From Dictyostelium discoideum (taxonomy: Eukaryota), in the NCBI GenBank assembly GCA_000004695.1, contig CM000151.3, forward strand, positions 5,184,001-5,248,000: a DNA stretch of 64,000 bases, in the 5' to 3' direction. Position numbers and translations under genes: made by a program. Shown here piece by piece: positions 28,036 to 45,574 of this stretch. The notes beneath the pieces are model-generated. The model did no database searches, was not told where the DNA came from, and was given only the letters and a program-made list of their open reading frames with translations. How positions within the stretch are numbered: the stretch's first letter is position 1; each line of letters opens with the position of its first letter.

Positions 28036-28441
28036 CCAACCTTGCACAACTGTATTTTTAGATAGAGATAGTTGTGTTAATGTCAAGGCAACCATTGATT
28101 TATTAAAGGTATTTTTTTTATTATTAGCTCAGTATATCTTTGCAGATACTTTTTTTTTTTTATTTTTTTATATTTTTTTTTATTTTTTTTTTTTTTTTTT
28201 ATGAATATAACCCACCCACAAAAACTAATTTTTTATTTTATATTTTCATTATAAAAAAAAAAAAAAAAAACAGGAACAATTAGAATTTACGATCAAGGAT
28301 TTAATAGATTTCAAAGAAAACTATGATAAACTAGAGTCAACAGAACAATTTAAGCAATGGTCTAATTTAATTAAGAATATTAAAGAAAACTCTTTAAATA
28401 ATTCAAATATTTATTTAACAATACCAACTACTCAAAATTTA

Positions 28442-28524
<83 letters not shown>

Positions 28525-29311
28525 TGTAATAATACCATCAGCATCAACTGAAAACAAAGAAGAAAATGATAATAATAATAGTAATAATAATAATAATATT
28601 AATTTATCACCAGATAGTTCAATCACCAAAGATATAAATATAACTGAAAATAAAATAACGGAAATTAAAACTACAGAAACTAAAGAAACATCTACAGGAA
28701 CTTCACCATTAGAAAAATCACCATCAAAAGGATTTATAATTTCACCAAAAAAACCAGAAGAAGAAAATGAAATTGAAGGTGAAACAATCAATAATATAGC
28801 AATAACAAACTATACACAGGGTCCATCAATGCTTACATTAATGAAAAAGAAACTTGAAAATATTAAAAAAAATAATAACAATAATAATAATAATGGTAAT
28901 GGTAATAATAATAGTAATAATAATAATAGTAATAGTAATAATAATAATAATGGTATTTCGCCATCATCTTCACCACCATCACACTTGAATGGTAATAATA
29001 ATAATAATAATAGTAATAATACAAATTCTAATAATACAACAAATGCTACGACCAATAGTGTAGGATTTTCAATAACAATGACTAATTCAAATTCATTATC
29101 AGTTTCAAAGAGAATGAATAAGTTTAAATCATGGACATCATCTAAACCAACTTCATCATCTATTGGATTTGCTTCATCACCACAAAATAATGGTAAACCT
29201 TTAAATATTAGTGGTTCAAGTAGATTCTTTACCTCTAGACAAGATTCAAAAATTGATTTATTAAAATCACCATCAAGTTCACCACCAACTCAATCAGATA
29301 TATTTAATGAA

Positions 29312-29409
<98 letters not shown>

Positions 29410-30440
29410 AGAATTAATAAATAATAATAATAATAATAATAATGATGAAAATTATAAAATTGAAGAAACAGAAGAATCATTAAAAGAACTATTAGAGAAA
29501 GAGAAATTGGAGAATGAAGAAAGAGAGAAAATTTTAAAAGAAAGAAATGAAATTGATAATTTAAAAAAGAAAAATCATTTATCAAAGGGATATTTTATGA
29601 GAGCATGTAATGCATCCAATGATGATGGATTGGAGGAAGAGGATATACCACTTCAAGATGAACATTGGGAAACCAATGTTATCGTGTTATTACCATGTAG
29701 ACATCATGTAAAGGTACCAGGTTCATCGAGTAGTTCAATTGATTCAATTAGACAATTGGCATGGGCAAGTGGTAAAATGCAAGGTCATTTAAATTTAGAA
29801 AAAGATGAGAAATTCTTTACACTACGTTGGTGTAATAAAGATGTGGTATTCGATCAAGATACGCCATTGGGTCATTTAATTCAGTATAATTTAAATTACA
29901 ATAATCCAACACAGAAACCAACAAATATTAAATTGGAATTGGTATTGGAGGATGAACTTTGTAAAGAGAGATTAGTGGATTTACAAAGTTTAGAAATTAA
30001 TAATGGTAGACCAAGCATTTGGAAATCTCATATCGATGATGTACTAAGTTTCAATAGAAAATTACGCGAGTTGGCAATGTTGGCAAAACCACAATCAAAT
30101 GTACCAGCTGCTCGTTTAACACCTTATCCACCACCAAAAACAATTCCAGAATTCTTTGTCATTCGTGTACATCTCTTTAAAAATCAAACTAAATCACTTC
30201 GTTGTGCTAATAATCATACAGCATTCTCTTTAATGACAATTCTATCTGAAAAACTTAAAAATACAACACCTTTTGATCCAACACAATATCGTTTCTTAAT
30301 AACTGGTATTAATCAATATGTTGATCCTAATGTACCATTATTATCAGTTGAATATATAGTTGAAAAAATTAAAAGAAAAGGTGAAATTGATTTAACAATG
30401 GTAGAATTATTAAGTTTAGGTTTAATTATACAACAACAGC

Positions 30441-30484
<44 letters not shown>

Positions 30485-33123
30485 ATAGAAAATATTGATG
30501 ATGAAAATATTTTAAAATTAAATAATGGAATTTTAAATGTTTTATCAAAAATTGAAAAACCAATTAGAGAAAAAGATAATTGTATTTCATCATTAACAGT
30601 TACAGAGAATTTACAAGTTAGATTATTACATGCTCATGAAATTTTTGCAAGTAAAGCATCAGAGATAATTGGTACAGATTCACCAAGTATTCAATTATTT
30701 ATTGAGGCAGCAGTTTATTTTGGTGGTGAATTATTAGCAACACAAAGTAGTAAATTGGTTAGTTTCCAAGATACAGTGGTTTGGAATGAATGGGTTAATA
30801 TTCCATTAGCAGTTTCAAATATTCCAAATGGTGCTAGAATGTGTTTAGGTTTAAATGCTAGATATAGAGGTGACATTTTTAATATTGGTTGGGTTGGTCA
30901 TCGTTTATTCGATTCAAAAGGTATACTAAATACTTTTGCACCATTCTCTCTATTATTATGGCCAGGTAAAATTAATCCAATTGGAACTTGTGTCGATAAT
31001 TTAGAGAGTAAAGATCAAGCGATTATCATTGCATTCGAATTTAAAGATTATGTTGTACCAAAAACAATTCACTATGAAGATGATTTAATAGAGTTAATTA
31101 GTAAAGACGAGAATGGCAATGAATTACCAGTGGTTACAATGGAGGAAATGGATAGAGTCGAGCAAATTATATTACAAGATCCACTCTATTCATTGAATAA
31201 AGAAGAGAGATTGTTAATTTGGAAATCAAGATACTTTTGTCATACGAAACCACAAGCATTATCAAAACTTTTACAATCAGTAGAATGGACAAATTATAAA
31301 CAAGTTGGTGAAGCTTTTCAATTATTAAAAATTTGGCCAACTTTATCGGCAGTCGATGCTTTAGAGTTATTGGATCCAAAGTTTGCAGATTGTGTTGAAA
31401 TTAGAGAATACGCCGTTAAATGTTTAGATCAAATGTCTGATTATGAATTGGAGATTTATATGCTTCAATTGGTACAAGCTATTAAACATGATGTTTTTCA
31501 TAACTCTGTATTAAGTTTATTCTTAATTGGTAGAGTTTGGCAAAATATGCAGGTTTTAGGTCACCCATTCTTTTGGCATTTACGTGCTGATATCGATAAT
31601 CAAGAGGTTTGTGAAAGATTTAGAGTGTTATCATCTGGTTTCTTACGTTATGCACCAACTCAATTAATGGAATCATTTAAACGTGAAATTACAACCCTTA
31701 GAATTTTAGAGAATTTAGCTAAACGTGTTAAAGAAGTACCTTATGAAAAGAGAAAACAATATGTTGAAAATAATTTACGTGAAGAGCAATCATTTCCAAC
31801 CGAATTATTTGTACCATTTGATCCTTCAATTCGGATTTTAAATATTATTCCAGAGAAATGTAAATCAATGGATTCAGCAAAGGTACCACTTTGGGTAACA
31901 TTTAAAAATGCTGATCCTTTTGCACCACCATTACAAATGATAGCAAAGACTGGTGATGATCTTAGACAAGATATTCTAACATTACAATTGTTGCGTCTAA
32001 TGGATCATATGTGGAAATCACAAGATTTAGATTTACATATGACCATTTATCGTTGTATTGCAACTGGTATGGGTACTGGCTTAATTGAAGTGGTTCCAAA
32101 TTCAGAAACTGCCGCTAGAATCCAAGCTGGTGCTGGTGGTGTATCTGGTGCTTTCAAACAAACACCCATTGCAAATTGGTTGAAAAATCATAATCAAACT
32201 GAAAATAGTTATCAAAAAGCAGTTTCAAAATTCACATTATCTTGTGCTGGTTATTGTGTTGCAACTTATGTTTTGGGTATTGGTGATAGACATAATGATA
32301 ATATTATGGTAGATATTCATGGACACCTTTTCCATATCGATTTTGGTCATTTCCTTGGTAATTTCAAAACATTTGCAGGATTTCAACGTGAAAAAGCTCC
32401 ATTCGTTTTAACTCCTGATTTCGTTTATGTAATTGGTGGTAAAGATTCTCCAAATTTCGCTTTCTTTGTTGATATTTGTTGTAAAGCTTTCAATATAATT
32501 AGAAGTAATGCTCATGTTTTTATAAATATGTTTGAATTGGTAAGTTTTATTATTATTATTATAATTATTTTAAAATTTTAAATATTAATATATATTTTCT
32601 TTTTTTTTTTTTTTTTTATTATTATAATTAGATGTTATCCACAGGTATTCCAGAACTTAGAAGTGAAAATGATATTGTTTATTTACGTGATAAATTTAGA
32701 TTAGATCTTACAGATGCAGAAGCTTCAGAATACTTTAAAAAACTTATTCATGAATCAATAGGTACATTAACAACTACAATTAATTTTGCAATTCATATTA
32801 TGGCACATCGTAAAAATTTAGTTTCTGGTAATTCAGCACCTAAAATTGGAAGTGCAAGTAGTTTAAATTTAAATAAAAATAAACCATCATCACAAAGTAA
32901 ATTAGATTTAAGTAGATCAGATTTAAGTAGATCAGATTCAAGTAGATCAGATTCAAGTAGACTTGACTTAAGTAGATCAGACAAAAAAAATAATAAGGAT
33001 AATAAAGAAAAAGAAAAAGAAAAAGAAAAAGAAAAAGAAAAAGAAAATAATGATAATAACGACAAGGATAATAATAATAATAGTAATAATGACACAGAGA
33101 AAGAAAATAGTATAGATAAATAG
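27773..33123 (+). CDS. Class I phosphatidylinositol 3-kinase catalytic subunit (p110-like, PikA/PikB-type), 3 exons (27773..28108, 28274..32539, 32632..33123).
   Basis: The N-terminus is poly-Asn-rich, followed by a Ras-binding-domain-like region, a C2 region, the PIK helical domain (..LSKLLQSVEWTNYKQVGEAFQLLKIWP..), and a kinase domain with ..GDDLRQDILTLQLLRLMDHMWK.., ..GIGDRHNDNIMVDIHGHLFHIDFGHFLGNFK.. (catalytic and activation loops). The final exon MLSTGIPELRSENDIVYLRDKF.. follows a 92-nt intron. The donors are GTATTT (28109) and GTAAGT (32540). The first ATG is at 27773; the track start at 27734 is TTG. Confidence 0.85.
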
Positions 33124-33184
33124 TAAAATAAACTACAAATTGTAGTTTTTAATAAAATTGTAAATAATTATTATAATTAAACTC

Positions 33185-33217
<33 letters not shown>

Positions 33218-33219
33218 AT

Positions 33220-33948
33220 TTAATTACATTTTTGACAAGATGGTGTATTTGTTTGTTTATTTATTGAATATGGTGAATTTGGTTTAATAATTTCACTACA
33301 TTTAAAACATTTAAAACAATTGGCATGATAATTTTTACCCATCGCAAGAAGGGTTTGTCCGAGCGTCATTGAATTACATCCATTACACTTATCAACTTTT
33401 TCAAAACAATCCTCACAACAGTAATTACTTAATTTTGATGTCATTTTCTCTCTATAATACTTTTCATTATTTATTCCTTTTTTACAAATTGTACACTTTA
33501 AACAACCAATATGATATCTTTCAAGATCAATAGTCAATATATCTAAAAAAAAAAAAAAAAAAGAATTAGTAATTAATTAATTATAAAAAAAAAAAAAATA
33601 ATTATTTTTTATTCCATACTATAATTAATTATAAAAAAAAAAAAAAAAAAAATAAAAAAAAAAAAAAAAGTACTAACCTTCATTTTGTCTAAAATATTTA
33701 TAACATAAAGAACAAAATCCTAAAGATTCTCTCAATGGTTTTGATTGATCATTTCTAATTACTTCACACTTTGCACAATAAAAATCACCAGTTTCTTTAT
33801 CTGTAAAGTAAGGATCGGAAATAGGAGTAGAACATAATTTACAAACAAAACATTGCTCATGAAATGTATCAGAGTTATGGTTTGTTATTATTTTATTTGT
33901 TATTTCTAATTGACATTTTTTACATTTTAAAATATTTTGACCACTCAT
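33220..33948 (-). CDS. LIM-domain protein with two LIM zinc fingers, 2 exons (33678..33948, 33220..33542).
   Basis: Exon 1 reads [62 protein letters not shown].. Exon 2 reads ..[77 protein letters not shown].. The spacing is the classic C-x2-C-x16-23-H-x2-C-x2-C-x2-C-x16-21-C-x2-(C/H/D). The phase-1 donor is g|GTTAGT at 33677 and the acceptor is ttttttag at 33544-33543. Confidence 0.8.
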
Positions 33949-34486
33949 TTTATATTACTATTATTATTCTTATTTTATTATTAATTAAAAATAGAAAACT
34001 AAAAATAAAAATTTAAAAATAATTAAATTTGAAAATAAAAAAAAAAAAAATAAAAAAAAAATTGGACTTGAATTGTTTATTTGAAAAACCTGGGTGTGAA
34101 AATAAGTTTTTTTTGTCCAACCCACACTTTGGAAATAATAAGATTTTTTTTTTCAATTTAGGTGAAAATTCAAATTCCAACCATTTGGCCTTCATCATTT
34201 TTTTTTTTTTTTATTTTTTTTTTTATTTTTTTTTAAATTTCAAAAAAGATAAAAATAGAAATTAAAAAAAAAAAAATAAAAAAAACTAAAATAATGAAAA
34301 TAATAATAATCATGTTTTTTTTTATATACCATTTAAGATTGTAAACACTTAAATTATTAATTGAATTTTTAAAAATATACTGTCAATGGTTAAAAAAAAA
34401 AAAAAAAAGAAAAAGAAAAATTTCCTATTGGTTCATTTTAAATTTCTAATGGTTTTTTCCCAAAAATTTTATTTTAGAAAATTGTT

Positions 34487-37400
34487 TTATTTTGATTTTA
34501 TTTTTTGTTGGTGTTGTTGTTGTTGTTTTGTTGTATTCTTTTTAATAACTTTAATTTGATAAACTATATCATTATAAACTGTATCTCTATCTTTATTAAT
34601 AAAACTTGTGAAATTAAAAATTTTATAATCACTTGTTTTAATTTGAAGAGCATTGAAAACCAAAGCTACTTTAATTTTCTTAACTTCAATAATATTTAAA
34701 AGTGGTACAGATATTTTACCACCAATTGAAATACCAACTTGTTTTAAGAGATTATGAAAACCTAAATATCTACTACTAATTACCAATAGACCTAATTGAC
34801 CATTATAGGAGCAAAGATATTTTTCAATGATGAACTCATTCTCTGGAATAACATTTATACTTTCAATAGAAATATCAACACCATCTATTACCAAAGGTTT
34901 TTCAACTACACCTTTAATCTTATTTACAAATGTACGTGATTCTTTATCAAATTCCATTCTAGTTGATAAAATTGATATAATTTCATCAAGTGAATTTGAA
35001 ATTAATTGATTTAAAGTTTGTTTAGTTGTTGTTGTTGCCGATGTTGATGTTGATAATGAACCAGATGATGATGACGATGATGATGAATTCATACTATTTG
35101 ATAGTTTCTTTTGATTTTGATTATATTGATCAATTAAAGAAGTTGTATCCATTTCAGATAATGATAATAATAAACGAAGTGGTAATAATTTCTCTTCAAG
35201 TATTGGTGTTGCAACACCACCACCACCTCTATGAAATAATACCATTAATTCTCTAAGTACTGAATTTACAATTAAAATTTGATCAACATTTAAAATTACA
35301 TGATCAGAATGAAATGGTAATTTCAATTCATTTGGTCTTTGAATTAATAGATATTGTAATTCTTGAATAATTTGAATCCATAATTTTCTTAAAAATGGTT
35401 TAAATGAAGTTTCTCTAAACTTTCCATATAATTCTTCAATCTTTGTTGTTAAAAATTCTTTAATTTGTGATAATATCATTTTTTCAAATCTTCTTAAATT
35501 AATAACTGATCCATTTAATCCATTATTATTATTATTATTATTATTACCATTACTATTATTATTATTATTATTATTATTACCAATTGAATCAATTAATGAA
35601 CCAGAAGAATTTGATTGAGAATTTTGAATTGGTGTAAAAACATATGGAGGAGTTGTAGTAGAATCAATTGTTGGTGAAGTTACAGAATGATTACTATTAA
35701 TTGAAGATGACAAACCATTAGTGGTGGTTGTAGTGGTCGTTGAATCAATATTTGTACCAACACTACCAACAATTGAATTTGGTGATAAAACTATTAAATT
35801 TTCTTGAATATTTTGTTGTTCAGTAAAATGACTATTTTTTAAAACCAAAGGTTCAGAGAATAAAACTGATTGAAAACAATAGAATAAATAATTTTTAATT
35901 CTTTTACAAAGGAAATCCTCCAAATCATCAATTGATTGATTTAAATATTTATGAGTATCGTCAAGACAAAGTTTAAAACTATCTTCAATACATTGTTTTG
36001 TATATTTATCTAGATTTTGAATTTCACCTTGTTTCTTTCTTTCCTTTAGATTATTTAAAAGATTTGAATGAATTGTTGAGGCTAAAGAATCCAATTTAGC
36101 TTTTGATTGTTCGATATTATTATACATTATACATGGTTCAATGTTTAGAGTGAAAATGGGTGGTTTACCATCGATTGATTCAACTTCAGTTGCTTCTATC
36201 CAATCATAAAATTCTTGTTTTAATAAATTTACATAGTGAATGATTTGTGAGCTAATAACTTCCAATAGTTGAACAAAAGAGAAAGAATCTGGTAACCACA
36301 TTAATGAATCGAAATCTTTTAATGATTGATCACATTGTTGAAAGAATTTTTTAAAACTAAAACTATGACCTAGTGTAATGGAAGCCAAAGTTTTCTTATC
36401 ATCACTTTTAATCGATTCAATACAACAATTTGAAAGTGTTTCATTGATTTCTTTTAATAACTTGTAAACATAAGTTACAAACAATTGTTTCAATGGCATT
36501 GGTTTAAATCTTTCCATTGCAATTGATTTTGTGAAATTATGATAATCCAATACCCTTTTAACCAATGGTAAAATGTTTGGATGGTATGGTGCCCAACTAC
36601 AAAAATCCTCCATAATCGTTAGAATACAACCACCCCAAACATCAATCAAATCACAAGTTATCTTTACATCAATTGGGAAGGCAGATTCATACTTGAGAGT
36701 GTTATTAACTTCCTCTTGAATGATTTCGATCAATTCTATTAACATTAGAGAGATCTCAGATACTTGTTTGATTTTACTTGATAATTCCATTTGAAGGAAA
36801 CCCATTGCAATTATATTCTCTTCAAATTTCTTTTTTTGTTCAATTATAATGGTTGATGATAAAAGATAATTGAAATAGATTGATTGATGTTGTGGTTCAC
36901 CAGTGATATTTAAATTTAATAAATTACAAATGGAACCTAACGATTGAACTAACCCTTTCAAAGCATTTCTTGGTTTATTATTTGGGAATGATTCATAGAA
37001 TCTACCAATGGTGAATTTAATTTGTGAAAATAGTAATACAACACTTGAATGAATTGATTTTAATTCACCCTTTATGAAAATGAATGGTGTTTCATTAATA
37101 ATCTCCCAAATTCCTTCTAAAAGTTCTTGTAATTCCATTATATAATTTTTACTTTTATTTGATAATGCTGTAGTTGAAGATGCTAACGATGGTTTCATCT
37201 CTAATTTATATCTATCTGCCATTATACTTAATTGAACTACCATTGTCGTTGATTTTGATAATCCATATCTAAGTGAATATTGATTCAATAACATTCTAAA
37301 ATAACTTAATATCCAAACATCCTCTTCTTTGTCATCATTTGTTGTATCATCGAATGGGTTTATAAATTTTGGTGGAACTGATGAAGGTGTATATGATGTT

Positions 37401-37753
37401 GGTGATTTAATATTTGATTTCAATAATGATAATTTATAATTCTCTTGTTCTTCTAATATAAAATTAAATAATGTTGAATATAATGATATATGTAAAACTG
37501 AACATCTATGTTGTAAATTAATTGATGAATTTGGATTATTAATTGGTAAATTATCAACATTATTACCACCACCACCACCACCACCACTATTATATGATTT
37601 TAATATAATTTGACGTTGATCCAATTGTAATAAATATTGATTATACTCTTGAAATTGATATTGATATTCAATTGATAAATTAATTTTACCAATTTCTAAA
37701 TTATTATTTATAACACTTTTAATTGAATACCAATCTTCTTTTATAATTTCATT

Positions 37754-37788
<35 letters not shown>

Positions 37789-40700
37789 TATCATTATTAT
37801 TATTTATTATTATTCTATCTTCTAATTCATCTTTAACATTAATTTCAACAATACCAATACACTCATCATTATTCATTAATAATAATTCTAATTTTGATCT
37901 TGGTTTTTTAATTTTAATTAAAAATGATTCGGACCATAATGGATTATTATCATTTGAAATTGTTGTTGTTTTTACGAACTTTTCACTACCACTTAAACTA
38001 TTACCACCATTTGATATAATTATATAACAATTATTATTATTATTTGTTGGTGATGGTAATTTCAAATCAATTGCTTGTAATACATTTATAAAAATACAAC
38101 CAATGAAATCACCTTCTTTAAAAATTATTGATCTCATTACACGTGATATCTCTTTTAATTCTAATGATTTCCATTTTTCATAATTACTTTTAAATAATAT
38201 ACTATTATCATCATCATTATCATCATCATCATTATTAATCTCATTATCACCATTAATATTCTCTTCACCATTTTCTACACTTTCACTATTACCATTACTA
38301 CCTTCAATTAAATTATTTTGTTGTCTTAAATTTTGTTGTCTAATACCTAAATTTGAACTTTCACCACCATTTGAAAAAGAAAATTCATTATAATATGGAT
38401 TTGAATCTAATAATAATGATTCTGCTCTACTCTTTAATTCCACTAAAATACCTTCATCTTTATATGTAGAATTGATTAATAGATTCTTTGTAATTGCTCT
38501 TGCTTCAACATCATCAATCATTAATTTTCTTTGTAATCTATCTAAAAATTGTTGTGGAGATTCCATATCAACCGGTTTCATATATGGTAATGAATTACTA
38601 AAACAACATTGAACTAATTCAAATAATAAATTCTGAAAAAAAAAAAAAAAAAAAAAAAAAAACAAATAAATAAAAATATGTTAACATATATTTAAATAAT
38701 AATAATAATAATTTATAATTAATAATTAATAATTAATTATACTTACTTTATCATTTTTATCATAATATTTAAACTTATCTATAAATGATTTAAAAGGTGG
38801 ACATTTTAAAACTTGAATTGTTGTATTTGATTTTGTAATATTATAAGTATGTAATGATTTTAAAGGATTTAAAACAACACCACGTTCAATACTCTTTGGT
38901 AAAAATAGATAATATTCTTCAATTGTTATTCTCTTTCCAATATATGTTGATAATTCTCTAAAGATTTCTGATATTTTAGAATCAATATCAATTGATAATT
39001 TAATACATCTTGATTTATCTTCTACCAATTCAAATTGTAAATTTATATCTTTAACAATTGAAAATTTTTTAAAATATAATAATTCACTAATATTATTATT
39101 ATTAGTACTATTACTAAAATATGATGATACAGTTTTATCTTCTTCTAAAATATAAAATTTTTTTTCACCAATTATTGAATTATTATTTAATGGTGTTGTT
39201 ATATTATTATTATTATTATTACTACTACTATTATTTGATTTTGAATTCACTGGTGTATTAATTGGTGAAGTATTAATACGATGTTTTAAAGTTATTGATT
39301 GAGTATGAATTAATGATAATTGATCTTTATTTTTATTTAATGCTTTAACTAATGATTCAAAAGATTGTAATGATGGTTGTTTATCTAAAGTTGGTATTTT
39401 ATTTAATTTCTTACTATTTCTTTTTGATTTTTTACTTGGTTTACTCTTTACTAATATATACTGTGATTGATCAACTATTGATGATGATGTTGTGGTTGTT
39501 GATAATCTACTCCTTATTTTATCTAATAATTCACAAACTAATGAATCTTTAGAAATTGTTAATGTTATTACACTTGAACTACCAAATTTTTCAAAATCTT
39601 CAATTTCAATTGAAATTTTAATATTACTATTATTTGAAGATGTTGAGGAGGAGGTTAAATTATTTTCAGGTGAAATTAAAGTTGGTGTACCCCTATTTGG
39701 TGAATTACTACTACCACCACCACCACTACTACCACTACCACTAATTGATAATGATCTTTTCTTACTATTTGATGTTGTTTTTGATAATGGTGATAATGCT
39801 CTATTTGTACCTGATCCACTTCCCATTAAACTATTACTACTATTACTTTTATTACCAGCTATACGATTACCAATATGACTATTTAAAGCATTACCATTAC
39901 TATTATTATTATTATTTATATTTACCAACTCATCATCATCTTGATCGAAATTATCAGTTATTTGAGATGATATTTCATCAGAATCATATGTACTATTTCC
40001 ATCGTCTTCTTCTTCATCCTCGTTATCATCATCATCTTCTTCATCGTCATCGTCATCATCTAAATTTTCACCACCACCATTTGCAATCCATTGACTATTT
40101 AAAACTTTAAATGCTTTTGAACGATGAATGAATGATGCGAATAAATATTTCTTTTTACTAGTTCTAATTTGAATTGCATTTGGTAAATAAAATGTACCAA
40201 TCTTTTTCTTTATACTTTTAATCTCTTTAAATGAAATCAATGTTTTCTTATTCTTTGCTAATGTTGATGTGCTACGAAATCCAATAAATCCTTGTGTAAT
40301 ATACATTGTACCTGTATGTGACATACTTGCCATTTTCTTTGCTTGTTTTGTACAATAACATTCTGATATAACTAAAATTCAAAAAAAAATAAAAATAAAA
40401 AAAAATAAAAAAATATTAATATTTTATTATTATTATTATTATTATTATATTATTTTTTTTTTTTTTTTTTTACCTTGTTCTTGATGTGGTAATGATGGAA
40501 ACCAACGAAACATTAATGGTAATGATTTCATTGTTGTACTATCATTTTCAGGTACTAATTCAAAATTTAAAGTTAATGTTGAATTTGGTATGATTTCACC
40601 TTTTTTATTCTTTAAATTTATGACTTTATCTAAATAAATTGGTGGTGGTGATGTTGCTCCATTACGATTGGTGGTGGTGGTGTTACTATTATTACTATTA

Positions 40701-41348
40701 CTACTACTACTAATTGTTGATTGATCATTCATTAAATTTCTAATCTCTAAAGTTATTGGTGCTAATGGTAATGTTGCAAAACAAAATGATTCACCACTTT
40801 TTAACATTTCCCATGTCTTAACTTTTAATTCCATTTCACCAGCTGGATAAACATCTTCATTAACTTCAAATATAAATGTCTCTTTTTGAAATATTACATT
40901 TTCACCACCATTAACATATTTTGTTTTATATTTACTATCATGTAATTTTAATTTTACTAAAACCCATTGTTTCTTTTTTTTTAAATAACTTCCATTAGGT
41001 ACTTTTATTTATTATTTATTTGTTTAATATTATTTATTTTTTATTATTTATTATTTATTATTTATTATTTATTATTTATTATTGTATAATAGAAAAAAAA
41101 AAAAAAAGAAAAAGGTTTTTATTAATTTGTGTTTAATTAATAGAAAAAAAAATTATAAAAATAAAATTAAAAAAAATAAAAAAAAATAAATATTAAATTT
41201 GGTAAAAACAAAAAAAATAAAAAAAATAAAAAAAATCTAAAATTGATATTTTATGACTTTCATACTCCTTAAATAAAATATCTAAAATTTTAAACAAAAA
41301 AAAAAAAAAAAAAAGAACCTTACCTGATACTAAAAGTCTCTCTTTCAT
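34487..41348 (-). CDS. Large (~2100 aa) multidomain protein with a C2-like domain, a GRAM domain, a second C2 domain, a long helical/low-complexity middle and a C-terminal GRAM domain. It has 4 exons (41324..41348, 40474..41001, about 38746..40371, 34487..38632); the exon 3 boundaries may be off by 1 nt.
   Basis: Exon 1 is only 25 nt (ATGAAAGAGAGACTTTTAGTATCAG|GTAAGG) with an upstream in-frame stop. The track ORFs 40445..40834, 38726..40333 and 34487..38665 are joined by introns with donors g|GTAAAA (40473) and aaa|GTAAGT (38745) and acceptors aaataaaag| (41002), aattttag| (40372) and tttttttcag| (38633). All phases are consistent. The first GRAM domain is ..SECYCTKQAKKMASMSHTGTMYITQGFIGFRSTSTLAKNKKTLISFKEIKSIKKK.. 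A C2 domain is IGCIFINVLQAIDLKLPS..CYIIISNGGNS..KFVKTTTISNDNNPLWSESFLIKI.. The second GRAM domain is EFIIEKYLCSYNGQLGLLVISSRYLGFHNLLKQVGISIGGKISVPLLNIIEVKK.. Confidence 0.65.
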
Positions 41349-41425
41349 TTTCTATACAAAATGAAAAATAAGAATTAAAAAAAAATGTATGAATTTTTTT
41401 TTTTAAAAAAACTTTGATTTCTTTT

Positions 41426-41457
<32 letters not shown>

Positions 41458-41978
41458 TAAATAATAGGAAAAAATAAAATAAAATAAAACAAAATAAAAA
41501 AAAAAATAAAGTAAAAAAAAAAAAAAAAAAGAAAAAAATATTTATTATTTTACAAGGAAGTTATGAGAAAAAAACAGAGTGACAGGGTTGCACTACCATT
41601 AATTTTTTTTTTTTTTTTATGATGATTAGAAATCGATATCTTCTTTTGTATGTTGTTATTATTATAATTCAAAAAGGTTCTAAAAATAAAAAAATAAAAA
41701 AAAAATAAAAAAAAAAAATAAAATTTTTTTATTTTTTTATTTTGAAATTATTTGAAAAAAATTACCCACTTGGGTTAAACAATTGAAAAAAAATAATTAA
41801 TTTATTATAAAAATAGAAAAAAAAAAAAAAAATTTTATCTTTAGATATTAATAGATATCTAATATATTTTATTTATTATTATTTTTATACATTAAAAATT
41901 TTTTTTTTCTTTTTTTTTTTATTATAATTTTTTTTAATTAAAAAAAAAAAAAAAAAAAAACAAATTATCTATATTTGA

Positions 41979-44895
<2,917 letters not shown>

Positions 44896-44918
44896 TGATT
44901 TTTTTTTTTTTTTTTTTT

Positions 44919-44955
<37 letters not shown>

Positions 44956-45543
44956 TTTTTATTTCTTTATTTTTTTAAATGTATAAAAAAATAAATAAGT
45001 GAGGGTATAAAAAAAAATTGAGTAAAATAAAAAACTAAAAAAAATACCCAGAGAATAGAAAAAAAAAAAAAAAAAAAAAATTAAAAAAAAATTAGTATTC
45101 TTTTTTTTTTTTTATTTTATTACTGTATTTTCCAAAACAGACATATGTTTCAAAAATTTTTATTTTATTTTTTTTTTTTCAATTTTTTTTTCTTTGGTGA
45201 AATAAATCAAGTTAAAAAATTTAAAAGTTTCTCTTCGATTTTTTTTTTTTTTCCAAATTTAGGATGATGTTTTTAAAAAGTAAAAAAAAAAAAAACAATA
45301 TAATTATTTTATTATAAAAGTGAATCACAAATTTTTAAAGAGTCCCTTCTTTTCTTTCAACTTAATCAATTTTCCATTATTTTCCTTTTTTTATTATTTT
45401 TTTTTTTTTTTAAATCACTAATTTGGAGAAAAAAAAAAATTTATTACTACTCTTCAAATTAAAAAATTTGAATTTTTCAGAAAAATCTTTAAAAAGATCA
45501 AGAATATTTTTTAATTGAAATGCTTATTTTCTTTTTTTGAACA

Positions 45544-45574
<31 letters not shown>

